From: Candidatus Sericytochromatia bacterium
GTDB lineage: Bacteria; Cyanobacteriota; Sericytochromatia; S15B-MN24; JAQBPE01
Assembly (NCBI GenBank): GCA_035285125.1
Contig: JAYKHR010000066.1
Span: forward strand, 143,762-207,761
Reading direction: 5' to 3'
DNA: 64,000 nt
The notes below the pieces were generated by a model, which searched no databases, was not told where the DNA came from, and worked only from the letters and a program-made list of their open reading frames with translations. How positions within the stretch are numbered: position 1 is the first letter of the stretch; each line of letters starts with the position of its first letter. Below are positions 38,517 through 48,663 of the stretch, piece by piece. The translations under genes and the position numbers were made by a program.

Positions 38517-40229
38517 CTACTCCTTCTTCCCGCCCGCGGGCTCTGCAAGCGCCTGCTGCAGCGGCACCACCTCCCAGTCGTACACGTTCCAGAGGTTGCC
38601 CGCGCTCGACGGGTTGGGTTTGAAGTGCCTCAGGCGCCTGCTCACGGGGTCCAGCTGGGACCAGTACAGCAGCGGGATCATTGGCAGCTCCTCGGCGAGG
38701 ATTTCGGACGTGCGCGCGTAAATTTGCTGCCGATCTGCGCGCCGAATGGATTTCGTGCCCCGCTCCAGCAGGTCGTCCATCTCCTTGTTGCGGAACTGGA
38801 CGTGGTTCTGGCCGGCCGGCGGGATCTGGCTGCTGTGCCAGAGCGCGAAGTTGTCAGGGTCTGGGCCCGCGGACCAGGCCGACATCCCGAGGTCAAACTT
38901 GAAGCCCTTCAAGATGCCGCTGGGATGGCCGCCAAAGAGGATCGGGCCAGGGTGGTTGTCGATCAGGATCTCGATGCCCACCTTCTTGAGGTAGTACTTG
39001 AGGACCAACTCGGTGAGTTCGCGCGTTTTGCGGCCGGCGGTGGTCGAGACCTTGATGACGAAGCGCTGGCCGTCCTTGCTACGGATGCCGTCGAGGCCGG
39101 GTCGCCAACCTGCCTCGTCCAGCAAGGTCCGCGCCCGGGCAGGGTCGTACGGGTAGCGGTCCTCCACGGCCTTGTTGTAGGCCCAAGAGAGCGGCGCCAG
39201 GTCAGAGTGAGCCACGGCATAGAGCCCCTGGTAGATCTTCTCGGAGATCTGCTTCTTGTTGATGGCGTGAGCGATGGCCCGCCGGACCCGGAGGTCCTGG
39301 AAGACGGGGCGCCCGAGGTTGAAATCGAGGTGCTCCCACGTGAGAGACGCCAGCGGCTCGAGGTCGATGTGGGCCAGCTTCCTGAGGGCTTCGTACTGGT
39401 TGATGCTGGCGCTTTGGTAGAGGTCGAGTTCCCCGGATTTCAACAACGTGAAGGCCGCATTCTCGTCGGGCACAATACGCATCCGCAGGGCGTCAAGCTT
39501 AGGACGGCCGCGCCAGTAGCGGTCATAGGCAACCATCGTGATGTGGTCGCCCGAGACCCACTCTTTGAACTTGAACGGCCCAGTACCGATGGGCGCCCGG
39601 TTGAAAGGGGCCTGGTTGATGGAGTCACCGTTCGGGTCAACCAGGTAGCGCGCCAGGACGTGGCGGGGAAGGATGGCCCCGCCCCCGGAGAACAGCAGGT
39701 CGTGCGGGGCGTAGATCTGCTTGAAATGGAAGCGGATGCGGTGAGGCCCGAGGATCTCCACGCGTTCGATCTTGTCGAAGCCGTCCCGGCTCGTGACCCG
39801 GGTCTTGGGGTGCATGATGACATCCAGCGTGAACTTGACGTCTTCAGCCGTGAAAGGCTGCCCGTCGTGCCATGTCACGCCCTCTCGCAGCTTCCACGTC
39901 ACGGCCATTCGCTGCCCCTGGACCACCACGCCCCCGTTCTCCACGGTGGGAATCTCGGTGGCAAGGACCGGCACGACCTCGAGTTTGTCCGTCACGGTGA
40001 CGAGCCCCTCCTGGATGGGACGCAGCGCGTCGGAGGTCGCCACCATGTCCGAGATGAGCGCGTTCAGGGCGTCAGGCTCCTGCTGCTGGTGGAACACCAC
40101 CACCCGACCGTTGTCGACGAGCTTCGAGTCTCGCGCGCAGCCTCCAGCGGCGAGCACAGGCAGGGCCAAGCCGACGAAAACAGCCAGGCAAGCGTGCAGG
40201 GGGCGCCGGGCGAGGAGGGTCGGGGGCAT
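38517..40229 (-). CDS. oppA: Peptide ABC transporter substrate-binding lipoprotein (family 5)
   Basis: AGGC lipobox; LREGVTWHDGQPFTAEDV; GTGPFK. Confidence 0.88.
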   Translation of the reverse strand: MPPTLLARRPLHACLAVFVGLALPVLAAGGCARDSKLVDNGRVVVFHQQQEPDALNALISDMVATSDALRPIQEGLVTVTDKLEVVPVLATEIPTVENGGVVVQGQRMAVTWKLREGVTWHDGQPFTAEDVKFTLDVIMHPKTRVTSRDGFDKIERVEILGPHRIRFHFKQIYAPHDLLFSGGGAILPRHVLARYLVDPNGDSINQAPFNRAPIGTGPFKFKEWVSGDHITMVAYDRYWRGRPKLDALRMRIVPDENAAFTLLKSGELDLYQSASINQYEALRKLAHIDLEPLASLTWEHLDFNLGRPVFQDLRVRRAIAHAINKKQISEKIYQGLYAVAHSDLAPLSWAYNKAVEDRYPYDPARARTLLDEAGWRPGLDGIRSKDGQRFVIKVSTTAGRKTRELTELVLKYYLKKVGIEILIDNHPGPILFGGHPSGILKGFKFDLGMSAWSAGPDPDNFALWHSSQIPPAGQNHVQFRNKEMDDLLERGTKSIRRADRQQIYARTSEILAEELPMIPLLYWSQLDPVSRRLRHFKPNPSSAGNLWNVYDWEVVPLQQALAEPAGGKKE

Positions 40230-40236
40230 GGCCGCG

Positions 40237-41289
40237 TCAGGTCTCCTGCGGGGCGTCGTGCGCCATCGGCACCGTCCGGGTCAACTCGGTGGCTGTGCCC
40301 GGTTGCGCGTCATAAAGGTGGCAGGCCACGAAGTGCTGGTTGCCGAGGTCCTGGAAGGCCGGCACACGGGTCCGACACGCGTCCATCGCGTGCGGGCAGC
40401 GCGTGTGGAAGACGCAGCCAGAGGGCGGGTTCGTGGGGCTGGGGATGTCGCCCTGGAGGATGATCCGCTTCTTGGTGCGCTCGCGCATCTCGATCGGGTC
40501 AGGCACCGGGACGGCCGAAAGCAAGGCCTGGGTGTAGGGGTGCTTGGGGTTCGCGTAGAGGTCTTCGGAAGAGGCGAGCTCCATCATGGACCCCAGGTAC
40601 ATCACCGCCACCCGGTCTGAGATGTGTTGCACCGTGCTGAGGTTGTGGGCGATGAACAGGTAGGTGAGGCCGAACTCGGCCTGCAGGTCGTCGAGCAGGT
40701 TGAGCACCTGGGCCTGCACGGAGACGTCGAGCGCCGAGACGGGCTCGTCGGCAACGATGAACCGGGGGTTGATCGCCAGGGCCCGGGCGATGCCGATTCG
40801 CTGGCGCTGGCCACCACTGAACTCGTGCGGATAGCGGTCGGCGTAGATCGGGTTGAGGCCGACACGGTCGAGCAGCTCGCGCACCCGCTTGTGCAACGCG
40901 TCGCCCGTGTGCGTGCCGTGGACGCGCAGCGGCTCTGCGATCGAGTCGCCCACAGTCATGCGGGGGTCGAGCGAGGCGTAGGGGTTCTGGAAGACAATCT
41001 GCATATCCCGGCGCAGCTCGCGAAGCTCCCGCTTGTTCATTGCGAGCACGTCGCGCCCTTCGAATGACACCTGGCCCGAGGTTGGCTCGATCAGCCGCAA
41101 GATCAGGCGCCCCGTGGTCGACTTGCCGCAACCGGACTCGCCGACCAGCCCGAGGGTCTCGCCCTTCCGGATGCTGAACGACAAGCCGTTGACAGCCTTC
41201 ACGGCACCAACCTGTCGCTGGAACAGGATCCCGCGGTTGATCGGGAAGTGCTTGACGAGGTTCTTGACCTCGATTAGGGTCTCGGACAC
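40237..41289 (-). CDS. oppF: Oligopeptide ABC ATPase
   Basis: [25 protein letters not shown] and HPYT motifs. Confidence 0.92.
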   Translation of the reverse strand: MSETLIEVKNLVKHFPINRGILFQRQVGAVKAVNGLSFSIRKGETLGLVGESGCGKSTTGRLILRLIEPTSGQVSFEGRDVLAMNKRELRELRRDMQIVFQNPYASLDPRMTVGDSIAEPLRVHGTHTGDALHKRVRELLDRVGLNPIYADRYPHEFSGGQRQRIGIARALAINPRFIVADEPVSALDVSVQAQVLNLLDDLQAEFGLTYLFIAHNLSTVQHISDRVAVMYLGSMMELASSEDLYANPKHPYTQALLSAVPVPDPIEMRERTKKRIILQGDIPSPTNPPSGCVFHTRCPHAMDACRTRVPAFQDLGNQHFVACHLYDAQPGTATELTRTVPMAHDAPQET

Positions 41290-42282
41290 TTACTTCGTCT
41301 CCTTCGCCGCCCCGGCCTCGCGGGACAACCAGCAGCGCACCAGGTGGCCGGGCTCCGAGGTCTCCAGCTTGGGGGCCTCCGCACACTTGGCCCACGCGTG
41401 CGGGCAGCGGGGCCCAAAGGAGCACCCGGGCGGCAGCCTCGACAAGCTCGGGGGCTGACCCTCGATGGGCGTCAGGCGCTCCTGACGAACGCCCAACTGC
41501 GGAATGGAAGCCAAGAGGCCCTGGGTGTAGGGATGCTGAGGGCTCCTGAAGATCGTCTCCACGTCGGTGTACTCAACCACCTTGCCCGCGTACATCACGG
41601 CGACGGTGTCGCACAACTCCGCCACCACGCCAAGGTCGTGCGTAATCATGATAACGGCCGCGTTGTTGCGGTCGCGAATGTCTCGCATCAGGTCGAGGAT
41701 CTGAGCCTGGATGGTGACGTCGAGGGCCGTGGTGGGCTCGTCCGCGATCAGGAGGTCAGGCTCGCACGAGAGCGCCATCGCAATGACCACGCGCTGGCGC
41801 ATGCCCCCTGAAAACTGGTGGGGGTAGTCGTCGATGCGGGTCGCAGCGCTGGGAATGCCGACCCGCTCCAGCATCTCGATCGCCTTCTGCCGAGCGGCCG
41901 CCTTGGGCAGCTTCTGGTGCAGGATGATGGCCTCCATGATCTGATCGCCCACCGTGAGCACCGGATTCAAGGAGGTCATGGGGTCTTGCGAGATGAGTGC
42001 GATGCGGTTGCCTCGGATCTCGCGCATCTTGTCCGTAGGGAGTTGCAGCAGGTCCTGGCCGTTGAAGAGAATTTGGCCATCGATGATCTTGCCCTGGGGC
42101 TCCGCGACGAGCCGCATGATCGACAGCGACGTGATGGACTTGCCGCAACCAGATTCCCCGACGATACCAAGGATGCCCCCACGAGGGATCTCGAAATCGA
42201 CGCCGTCCACGGCCTTCACCACCCCCTCCTCCGTAAAGAAGTGGGTCTTGAGTCCGGACACTTTCAGCAGGGGCTCGGCCAC
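41290..42282 (-). CDS. oppD: Oligopeptide ABC ATPase
   Basis: [16 protein letters not shown] and DEPTTALD motifs; TATAAT at 42352-42357 on the minus strand. Confidence 0.92.
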   Translation of the reverse strand: MAEPLLKVSGLKTHFFTEEGVVKAVDGVDFEIPRGGILGIVGESGCGKSITSLSIMRLVAEPQGKIIDGQILFNGQDLLQLPTDKMREIRGNRIALISQDPMTSLNPVLTVGDQIMEAIILHQKLPKAAARQKAIEMLERVGIPSAATRIDDYPHQFSGGMRQRVVIAMALSCEPDLLIADEPTTALDVTIQAQILDLMRDIRDRNNAAVIMITHDLGVVAELCDTVAVMYAGKVVEYTDVETIFRSPQHPYTQGLLASIPQLGVRQERLTPIEGQPPSLSRLPPGCSFGPRCPHAWAKCAEAPKLETSEPGHLVRCWLSREAGAAKETK

Positions 42283-42463
42283 GCGGCTTCCTCTCGGGGG
42301 GATCGGCCTGACGAGCGGAACGACAGGCACAACGGCGTTTGATACCGCGGCATTATACCCTGCGCGGGATGGCGGTATCCAAGCGAGGCAGGCAGCCTGG
42401 GGCACAGGAGCCGTTATGGTCCACCACACGGACCCGGCCCCCTCGGAGGGGTACGATGGCGTC

Positions 42464-43054
42464 GTGACGCGCCGTTGCCTCCGCTGCCTGCTCGCCTGGA
42501 CCCTCGCCTGGGGCGGGGGCGGCACCGCGGCCTTCGCGGCCGCTCCCCCTCTGGTGCTCGCCCCCGCTGAGCCGCTGGCGGTCCCCGACGGCTGGTCCGT
42601 GGCCGCCGACGTGGCCCTTCCGACCGCCGTGGGCTGGCTGGCGTGGCGGGGGCTTCAGGCCGCCGGGCCGGCCCTCACCCCGGACGCCGCGTTCGGTGGT
42701 GGCCTGGCATCCGGCCTGCTCGGCGGGGCCCTTGCCGCCTGCGTGGCTGCCCCACCCGCGGCCCTGGTGGCCCTGCGGGAACGCCCCTTCACCCTCGACG
42801 TTGCCGCGGCCTCGGCGACGGGCGGGCTGTTGGGGATGGCTGCGGCCCTGGGCATCACGCGCGTGTTGGCGCCGGGCGACGCCGGGTGGTTGGTCACGGG
42901 GCTCGCACTGGGCCAGGGGCTCGGGGCGGCCTCCGCATTCCACCTCTATCGCACCTCCAAGGGGGAGGCGCGTGACCTGGACCGCCTTCCGGCAAGGCGA
43001 ACGGACGACCCCATCGACGACTGGAAGTTCTGGCGGGAGCGACGCAACCCATGA
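42464..43054 (+). CDS. Hypothetical Gly/Ala-rich membrane protein, probably leaderless
   Basis: Signal-like N-terminus; GTG lies 6 nt after TACGAT; ATGA-coupled to the next gene. Confidence 0.55.
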   Translation: MTRRCLRCLLAWTLAWGGGGTAAFAAAPPLVLAPAEPLAVPDGWSVAADVALPTAVGWLAWRGLQAAGPALTPDAAFGGGLASGLLGGALAACVAAPPAALVALRERPFTLDVAAASATGGLLGMAAALGITRVLAPGDAGWLVTGLALGQGLGAASAFHLYRTSKGEARDLDRLPARRTDDPIDDWKFWRERRNP

Positions 43055-43992
43055 CCCACAGGCTGTACCGCCCCCTGGCGACCTTGCTAGCCACGGCCTG
43101 CCTTGCCGCCTGGCCGGCCGGCTCCGCGCGGGCCTGGAGCACCATCGAGGACCACCTCCCGCGGTTCCTGGTCTCGGTCGGCGAAGGGTCAGGCTACGCC
43201 TGGGCTTCCTGGGAGGCCGCCCACGCCAGGGAGCTGGACGCGCAGTTCTACCGGGGCCAGTCCCCTTCCCAGAAGCTGCTGCTGGCTCGAAAAAACAGTG
43301 GGCGCTGGGTTCCCGTGCCGCAGCTGGCTTACTTCTCCCAACGCTGGCAGACCGACTTCGAGACCGTGGCAGCCCGCCTGGAGCCGCTCACCGGGCTCGC
43401 GGATCTGCGGGTGACGATGTGGTACGCGATGGACGGGCGTCCCTGGGTCTTCAGTCACGCGGAGGGGCGCCCGACGCTGGCCCTGAACGCGCGGCACATG
43501 TTGCCGTACCACCCGGTGCAGACGCGGCTGAAGTTCTCGCATGCGCTGTTCGACGCGCTGGCCACCGACCAACCGGATGAGCACCCGGAGCGCATGACGC
43601 TCTCCCGGCGGCTTCAGGTGGAGGGGTTGCGGCTCGCGATGGCCCGACGGGCGGTGCCGGGCCTGCCCTTCCACGACTACTTGGGGGCCGGCCCCTACCA
43701 GCAGCGCGGCTGGCAGCAGGCGACGCCAACGATCGCCAGGGCGCTGATGCTGGCCCTGGACGGCCCCGAAAGTGCCCTCCACATGGAACACTTCTTCGGC
43801 AAGGGCTACGGCATGCCCTGGCCGACGGGCGCGGGCCGCTACATCGCCTTCATCCTCGCGGCAGGGGCCGGACAGGAGCGCAACCCCGTCGAACTCGGCC
43901 GCATGCCCAGCCGCGACTACATGTTTCTGGTGCGTGGGGTGCTCGAGGACCTCGCGGCCTCGGGGAACGTCGGGGCGCGGCCGCCCTACTGA
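43051..43992 (+). CDS. Exported hypothetical protein, possible degenerate zincin (DUF2268-like)
   Basis: Signal peptide; HALFD...EGL...GRY layout. Confidence 0.55.
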   Translation: MTHRLYRPLATLLATACLAAWPAGSARAWSTIEDHLPRFLVSVGEGSGYAWASWEAAHARELDAQFYRGQSPSQKLLLARKNSGRWVPVPQLAYFSQRWQTDFETVAARLEPLTGLADLRVTMWYAMDGRPWVFSHAEGRPTLALNARHMLPYHPVQTRLKFSHALFDALATDQPDEHPERMTLSRRLQVEGLRLAMARRAVPGLPFHDYLGAGPYQQRGWQQATPTIARALMLALDGPESALHMEHFFGKGYGMPWPTGAGRYIAFILAAGAGQERNPVELGRMPSRDYMFLVRGVLEDLAASGNVGARPPY

Positions 43993-44630
43993 CGCCCCCG
44001 CATAGCCCGGTGCAGGGCAAGCAGCGGCGTGAGCTGCGCGTCGGACAAAAGACGTCCTCCGCCCAGTTGCTCCGCGAAGAGGGCCACCTCGCAGAGGTGC
44101 TCCAGCTTCTCCAGCTTGTGGTAGGCCTCCCACACGTCGGGCCCGAGGCAAACAGCCCCGTGCCACTCCATCATCACGACGTCGTGCCGCGCGAGCACGG
44201 GGCCCAAGGCGGCGGGCACCTCCGCGGTGGTGGGGGTGGTGTAGGGCACGGTGGGCACGTCACCGCCGAACGACACCACGACCTCCGGCAGCATCCTGCC
44301 GGGGATGGGCCGCCCGGCCACGGTGAAGGCGATGGCCCGGGGCGGGTGGCCGTGAACGACGGCGCCCACGTCCGGCCGCCGCGCATAGGCCTCCGTGTGG
44401 AGGGCCATCTCGGAGCTGGCCGCGCCGCGTCCCTGCACCCGCCCGGCGAGATCCGTCACGATGAGATCCTCGGCGGCGAGGCGGCCCTTGGCCACCCCCG
44501 TGGGCGTGACCAGGATGCGGCTGCCGAGCCTGATGCTCACGTTGCCGTCAGTGGCCGCGAGGAAGCCCTTCCCGTACATCGCGCGGCACACCTCGACGAT
44601 GGCCCGCCGCGCCTGCCACTCGGTGGTCAC
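43986..44630 (-). CDS. Class II aldolase/adducin family protein (FucA-like), BMC-associated
   Basis: DGNVS, TPTG, SSEMALH, VVHGHP and WHG motifs. Confidence 0.9.
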   Translation of the reverse strand: MTTEWQARRAIVEVCRAMYGKGFLAATDGNVSIRLGSRILVTPTGVAKGRLAAEDLIVTDLAGRVQGRGAASSEMALHTEAYARRPDVGAVVHGHPPRAIAFTVAGRPIPGRMLPEVVVSFGGDVPTVPYTTPTTAEVPAALGPVLARHDVVMMEWHGAVCLGPDVWEAYHKLEKLEHLCEVALFAEQLGGGRLLSDAQLTPLLALHRAMRGRQ

Positions 44631-44905
44631 GGCGCAGACTGGAGGTCCACGGCATCCACGATGCCGGCCACCGCGGCGTGGATCGGGGCCTCTCCCGCGT
44701 CCACCAGGAGGCGGGCGCTGCCTCCCTCTCGGTTGACGAGGACCAGGTCCCCGACGCCCGCCTGCACGTGGGCCACGGCATAGAACGCGGCCCCCTTGGC
44801 CTGCCCCTCCGGCGTGACGGGCTGCACCAGCAGGATGCGATGCCCGACGTAGGCCGGGTGTTTCTGGGTGGCGACCAGCGTGCCTTCGACGCGGGCAAGC
44901 AACAT
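44627..44905 (-). CDS. BMC pentamer shell protein (EutN/CcmL family)
   Basis: MLLARVEGTLVATQKH...AGVGD.VL...IHAAVAGIVD pattern. Confidence 0.9.
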   Translation of the reverse strand: MLLARVEGTLVATQKHPAYVGHRILLVQPVTPEGQAKGAAFYAVAHVQAGVGDLVLVNREGGSARLLVDAGEAPIHAAVAGIVDAVDLQSAP

Positions 44906-44918
44906 AGTGACGCCTCCC

Positions 44919-45185
44919 TCAGCCCTGGTGGACGGCATCCACGATGCCGACGACGGCCACGTCCACGGCCGCATCTGGGTTGTCCAGCGCCATCGCCGCC
45001 TCCTTGCCAAGCACGCAGAAGGCGCGCTCGCCCACCCCGGCGCCCACGGCATCGACGGCCACCACCGGCTCTCCCTCGGCCCGGCCGTCCGCGTCGACCG
45101 GCTGCACGAGCAGCAGCTTCACGCCCCGCAAGGCGGCCTGTTTGTCGGTCGCCACGACCGTCCCGATCACGTTGGCCACGAACAT
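44919..45185 (-). CDS. BMC pentamer shell protein (EutN/CcmL family)
   Basis: VIGTVVAT.K...KLLLVQ...AVDAVGAGVGE...VDVAVVGIVD pattern. Confidence 0.93.
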   Translation of the reverse strand: MFVANVIGTVVATDKQAALRGVKLLLVQPVDADGRAEGEPVVAVDAVGAGVGERAFCVLGKEAAMALDNPDAAVDVAVVGIVDAVHQG

Positions 45186-45197
45186 CGTCAGCTCCTG

Positions 45198-45773
45198 TCA
45201 GGTTCCCTGCCCAGCGTCGCCGGGGCGCAGCACGTCGAGGAAATCCTCGTGGGGGTTCGGCACCAGCACCCGCCGAACCCGGGCGGCTGTGGCGAGCCCA
45301 GGACCGTCCGCGGCGTCAAGGGCTGCCTCGACCTCGCTGTGGGTCCCCGTCACCGTGAAGTAAAGCTTGCCACCGATGCCCCTGGCTACCCGCAAGTTGA
45401 CCAGACTCACGGCCGCCGCCTTGAGCGCGGCGTCGATCGCCAGCAGCCCGGAGGCCACGGTGTGGACCTCATAGATGCCCACTGCGTCCAGCGCGACGGC
45501 AGGGAAGCAACCCTCCAGCGCGGGCAGGACCTGGTCGTGGACCTGCGGCAGCAGAAGGGTGTCAACCACCTCACCGTCAGCCGCGTCCAGCGCCGCCTGG
45601 TGGCTCTCTTCGACGCTCGCCACGTCGCCCCCGAAGAGCACCAGGAACTTGCCCGGGCTCACGGCCTCGGCGCGCAGCAGGCGGACAGGCGCCTTCTTCA
45701 CCAGCACATCGCACAGGAACAGGCCCTGAGCAATGCTGGCGACCTCCAGCAGGGCGATGGCGGGGTGGATCAT
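45198..45773 (-). CDS. BMC trimer shell protein, single-layer PduT-like
   Basis: Two tandem BMC domains; SIAQG, PGKFLV..GDV, D.ALKAA.V and GIGGK motifs. Confidence 0.88.
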   Translation of the reverse strand: MIHPAIALLEVASIAQGLFLCDVLVKKAPVRLLRAEAVSPGKFLVLFGGDVASVEESHQAALDAADGEVVDTLLLPQVHDQVLPALEGCFPAVALDAVGIYEVHTVASGLLAIDAALKAAAVSLVNLRVARGIGGKLYFTVTGTHSEVEAALDAADGPGLATAARVRRVLVPNPHEDFLDVLRPGDAGQGT

Positions 45774-45782
45774 GCCATCGTC

Positions 45783-47243
45783 CTAGACGATCCGGAACGC
45801 ATCCTGGAGCACACAGCGGCGCTCCTTCGTGAAGTTCCTGGCCGAGGTGCAGCCCTCGCCCGTGGGCCCCGCGATGGTCCACGCCGTGGGCGCCTCGGAG
45901 CCCGCGCCGAGCCCGGCAATCGAGGGCCCGTTCTTCACAAAGATGGCGGTGTTGATGAGCCGCGCCATCTTGCTGAGCTTCTCGATGTTGCGCGAGTGCA
46001 TGCAGGCCGTGTGGCCCCGCCCCCCCTCGAGCTCGATGGCCAGCTCGATCGCCTCGTCCACGTCCCGCACCCGCGTGATGGGGAAGACGGGCATGAGCTG
46101 CTCCGTCCAGAGCAGCGGGTGGTTGCGGTTGACCTCCACGATGGCGAGGCGGCAACGGTCCGGGTCGACGCTCACGCCGATCGCCGCGAGGATCTCGCTC
46201 GCGTTCTTGCCCACGCAGTGCTTGTTGACCACGGCCTCTTTGCCCGGGCCGTTGTCCTTGCTGAAGATGTGAGCGAAGAGCTTGTCGTGGAGGTGGGCCG
46301 GCACCTCGTAAGCCCCGCAGCGCTTGAGCTCCTCCTTCAGGCGGTCCGCCACGGACGCCACCACCACGCACTCCTTCTCCAGGGTGCAGATGAGGTTGTT
46401 GTCGAAGGACGCGCCCTTGTAGATGGCACGCGCCGCTCGCTCCAGATCAGCGGTCTCGTCCACCACCACGGGCGGGTTGCCCGGGCCGCCGGCGATGACC
46501 TTCTTGTTGCTCTGCAGCGCGGCTTTGACCACGTGGGGCCCGCCCGTGACGACGAGCATGTTGACGCCCCTGGCGTTCATCAGCGCGTTGGCCGTGTCGA
46601 TGGTCGGCGTGTCGATCGTCGTGATGAGGTTGGCGGGACCGCCAACGGAGACGATCGCCTGGTCGATGAGCGCCGCCGAGCGGTTCGAGACCTGGCGGGC
46701 CGACGGGTGCGCGTTGAAGATGGCCCCGTTGCCCGCTGAGATGAAGCTGATGGCGTTGTTGAAGACGGTGTCTGCCGGGTTGGTTGTGGGGGTGATGGCC
46801 CCGATGACCCCGTAAGGCGCCATCTCGATGAGCACGAGGCCGTGGTCGCCAGACCACACCCGACGCCGGGAGTCGAGGTCCTCAGGCCCTGGCGTCTTGT
46901 CGAGCACCAGTCGCAACTTCTCGAGCTTGTCATCCCAGCGCCCGATGCCCGTCTCCTGAACCGCAAAGCGGCTCAGCTCCTCGGCGTGCTGGTGGCCGAT
47001 GGCCCGGATGGCCGCGACGGCCTTGTGCCGAAGCTCCAGGCTGGCCATGGCCCAGGCGCGCTGAGCCTCTCGGGTGGCCGCCACGGCTGCCTCCACGGTG
47101 CCGAAGGCGTTGCCGCCGCTGGCGGGGCTGGCCGCTGCGGCTCGCGGACCGGCCGGGGCCGCAGGCAGCGTGCCGTCCGCCTGCAAGCGCTGTACGACCT
47201 GGCTGACCAGCTCGCGAACCTGTCCCTCGTTGACCTGGCTCAT
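45783..47243 (-). CDS. CoA-acylating aldehyde dehydrogenase (PduP/EutE family) with N-terminal encapsulation peptide
   Basis: PYGVIGAITPTTNP, TGGPHVV, GPGNPP, SFDNNLICTLEKE and PTGEG motifs; amphipathic VRELVSQVVQRL followed by an Ala/Pro linker. Confidence 0.92.
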   Translation of the reverse strand: MSQVNEGQVRELVSQVVQRLQADGTLPAAPAGPRAAAASPASGGNAFGTVEAAVAATREAQRAWAMASLELRHKAVAAIRAIGHQHAEELSRFAVQETGIGRWDDKLEKLRLVLDKTPGPEDLDSRRRVWSGDHGLVLIEMAPYGVIGAITPTTNPADTVFNNAISFISAGNGAIFNAHPSARQVSNRSAALIDQAIVSVGGPANLITTIDTPTIDTANALMNARGVNMLVVTGGPHVVKAALQSNKKVIAGGPGNPPVVVDETADLERAARAIYKGASFDNNLICTLEKECVVVASVADRLKEELKRCGAYEVPAHLHDKLFAHIFSKDNGPGKEAVVNKHCVGKNASEILAAIGVSVDPDRCRLAIVEVNRNHPLLWTEQLMPVFPITRVRDVDEAIELAIELEGGRGHTACMHSRNIEKLSKMARLINTAIFVKNGPSIAGLGAGSEAPTAWTIAGPTGEGCTSARNFTKERRCVLQDAFRIV

Positions 47244-47286
47244 GGATCACCCCCGCCCCGCGAGGCGCCGGGGCGCCCCGCCAACC

Positions 47287-47601
47287 TCACGCCTCGGCCA
47301 CGATGACCGGGCGGTCCTTCTGGTAGCGAACCTCGCCCTCGACCTCCCAGGTGTCGACGATCGCCATGACCGTCGCGTCGATGGGCCGACCGTCCGTCGC
47401 GTCCGTCTGCCGCGCCGAGGAGCCGGTGGCATACAAGACGTACTCGCCGGGCCCAGCCCCCACCGCATCCGCGGCGATGACATAGGGCCCGGCCGGCTGC
47501 CCGTGAAGGTCCACCTGGCGAACGACGAGGAACTTGAAGCCCGTGAGCCGCTCGTCCTTCTGGCTCGAGACAACGGTCCCGGCCACCACGCCGATCAGCA
47601 T
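47287..47601 (-). CDS. BMC pentamer shell protein (EutN/CcmL family)
   Basis: GTVVSSQK...DAVGAG.GE.VL...GSSAR...IDA...AIVD pattern. Confidence 0.93.
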   Translation of the reverse strand: MLIGVVAGTVVSSQKDERLTGFKFLVVRQVDLHGQPAGPYVIAADAVGAGPGEYVLYATGSSARQTDATDGRPIDATVMAIVDTWEVEGEVRYQKDRPVIVAEA

Positions 47602-47603
47602 GG

Positions 47604-47897
47604 TCAGGCCTTGGCGGCGTCGGCGCGGCCGAGCGGCAGCACGCGATCGACGTTGGAGTGCGGGCGGGCGATGACGTGCACGGCGACCACGCTGCCGACC
47701 TTCTCGGCTGCGCGCGCGCCGGCCTCGGTGGCCGCCCGCACCGCCGCGACGTCTCCGCGGACCACGGCCGTGACGAAGCCGCCGCCGGTCTTCTCGTAGC
47801 CAGTGAGTTCGACCTTGGCGGCCTTCACCATCGCGTCGGCTGCCTCGACGAGGGCGGCAAAGCTGTTGGTCTCGATCATGCCGAGGGCGTCAGACAT
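47604..47897 (-). CDS. BMC hexamer shell protein (PduA/EutM/CcmK family)
   Basis: ALGMIET...[10 protein letters not shown]...RGDVAAV.AA...HVIARPH pattern. Confidence 0.96.
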   Translation of the reverse strand: MSDALGMIETNSFAALVEAADAMVKAAKVELTGYEKTGGGFVTAVVRGDVAAVRAATEAGARAAEKVGSVVAVHVIARPHSNVDRVLPLGRADAAKA

Positions 47898-47944
47898 CTG
47901 GGTTCTCCTTCAACTACAGGGGGGACGAAACAGGGGGGACGAGG

Positions 47945-48589
47945 CTACCAGGCCTTGCCGCCAAGGCCCTCGATGGCACGGAGCGCGGCCTCCCGCGCCA
48001 CCTCGATGTCGGCTTCCTCGCCACCGAGGTAGACCCGGCCGAAGGCGCCGAAGGGCTGGATGTGGACGATGTTGATGTTCGCGGCCTTCTCTGCCTCGTT
48101 GGCGGCGAGCACGGCGTAGGCTGCCGGTTCAGTCTCCATGATGAAGAGCGTCTGGCCACCGAGCAGCATGTTGCCGCGGCGGAAGTTGTTGATGATCTGG
48201 GCCTGGTAGTCCGACACGTGACGGATCACCTGGTTGCTGACGATCTTGGGCTTCAGCACCTCGTCGCGTGTCACGCCGATGGCGTCGAGGATGCACTGGC
48301 CCGCCTGCTGCACCTCGCCCTGGCTGTCATCATGGATCTCCAGCATGCCGAAGGCCCGCTCGACGATCATCATGCCGGGCTTGACGTTGGTGCCCTTCAG
48401 CGCCTTGTCGGCCAGGTCGTTGATGGCCATGCCAGGGGCCACTTCGATGAACAGCATCGACTGGCCCGCGTTGGGCAGGTAGCCCTGTGCCGTCGTCGAG
48501 ATGAACGAGGCGAACTGCGGCTGGACGGTGTCCAGGAAGGCGTAGGCCCGCAGAATCACCTTGGCTTTCTTGTCGGCTCCTGCACTCAT
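47945..48589 (-). CDS. BMC trimer shell protein, double-stacking CsoS1D/CcmP type
   Basis: LR.Y.FLD..QPQ.A...G.LP..G...EV.PG...ALK...VERAFG...AANEAEKAA...GAFGR pattern. Confidence 0.88.
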   Translation of the reverse strand: MSAGADKKAKVILRAYAFLDTVQPQFASFISTTAQGYLPNAGQSMLFIEVAPGMAINDLADKALKGTNVKPGMMIVERAFGMLEIHDDSQGEVQQAGQCILDAIGVTRDEVLKPKIVSNQVIRHVSDYQAQIINNFRRGNMLLGGQTLFIMETEPAAYAVLAANEAEKAANINIVHIQPFGAFGRVYLGGEEADIEVAREAALRAIEGLGGKAW

Positions 48590-48663
48590 CCGGTCTTCCC
48601 TTTCTCGGCTGTGAGCTGGTGTCGCTCAGGTGTCGGCCCGGCCTGGGGGGCGGGCCGGGAAAC

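Noticed and set aside
44627..48589. Carboxysome
   Set aside because: A CsoS1D/CcmP-like trimer is present, but there is no RuBisCO, carbonic anhydrase, CsoS2 or CcmM; the cargo is catabolic.
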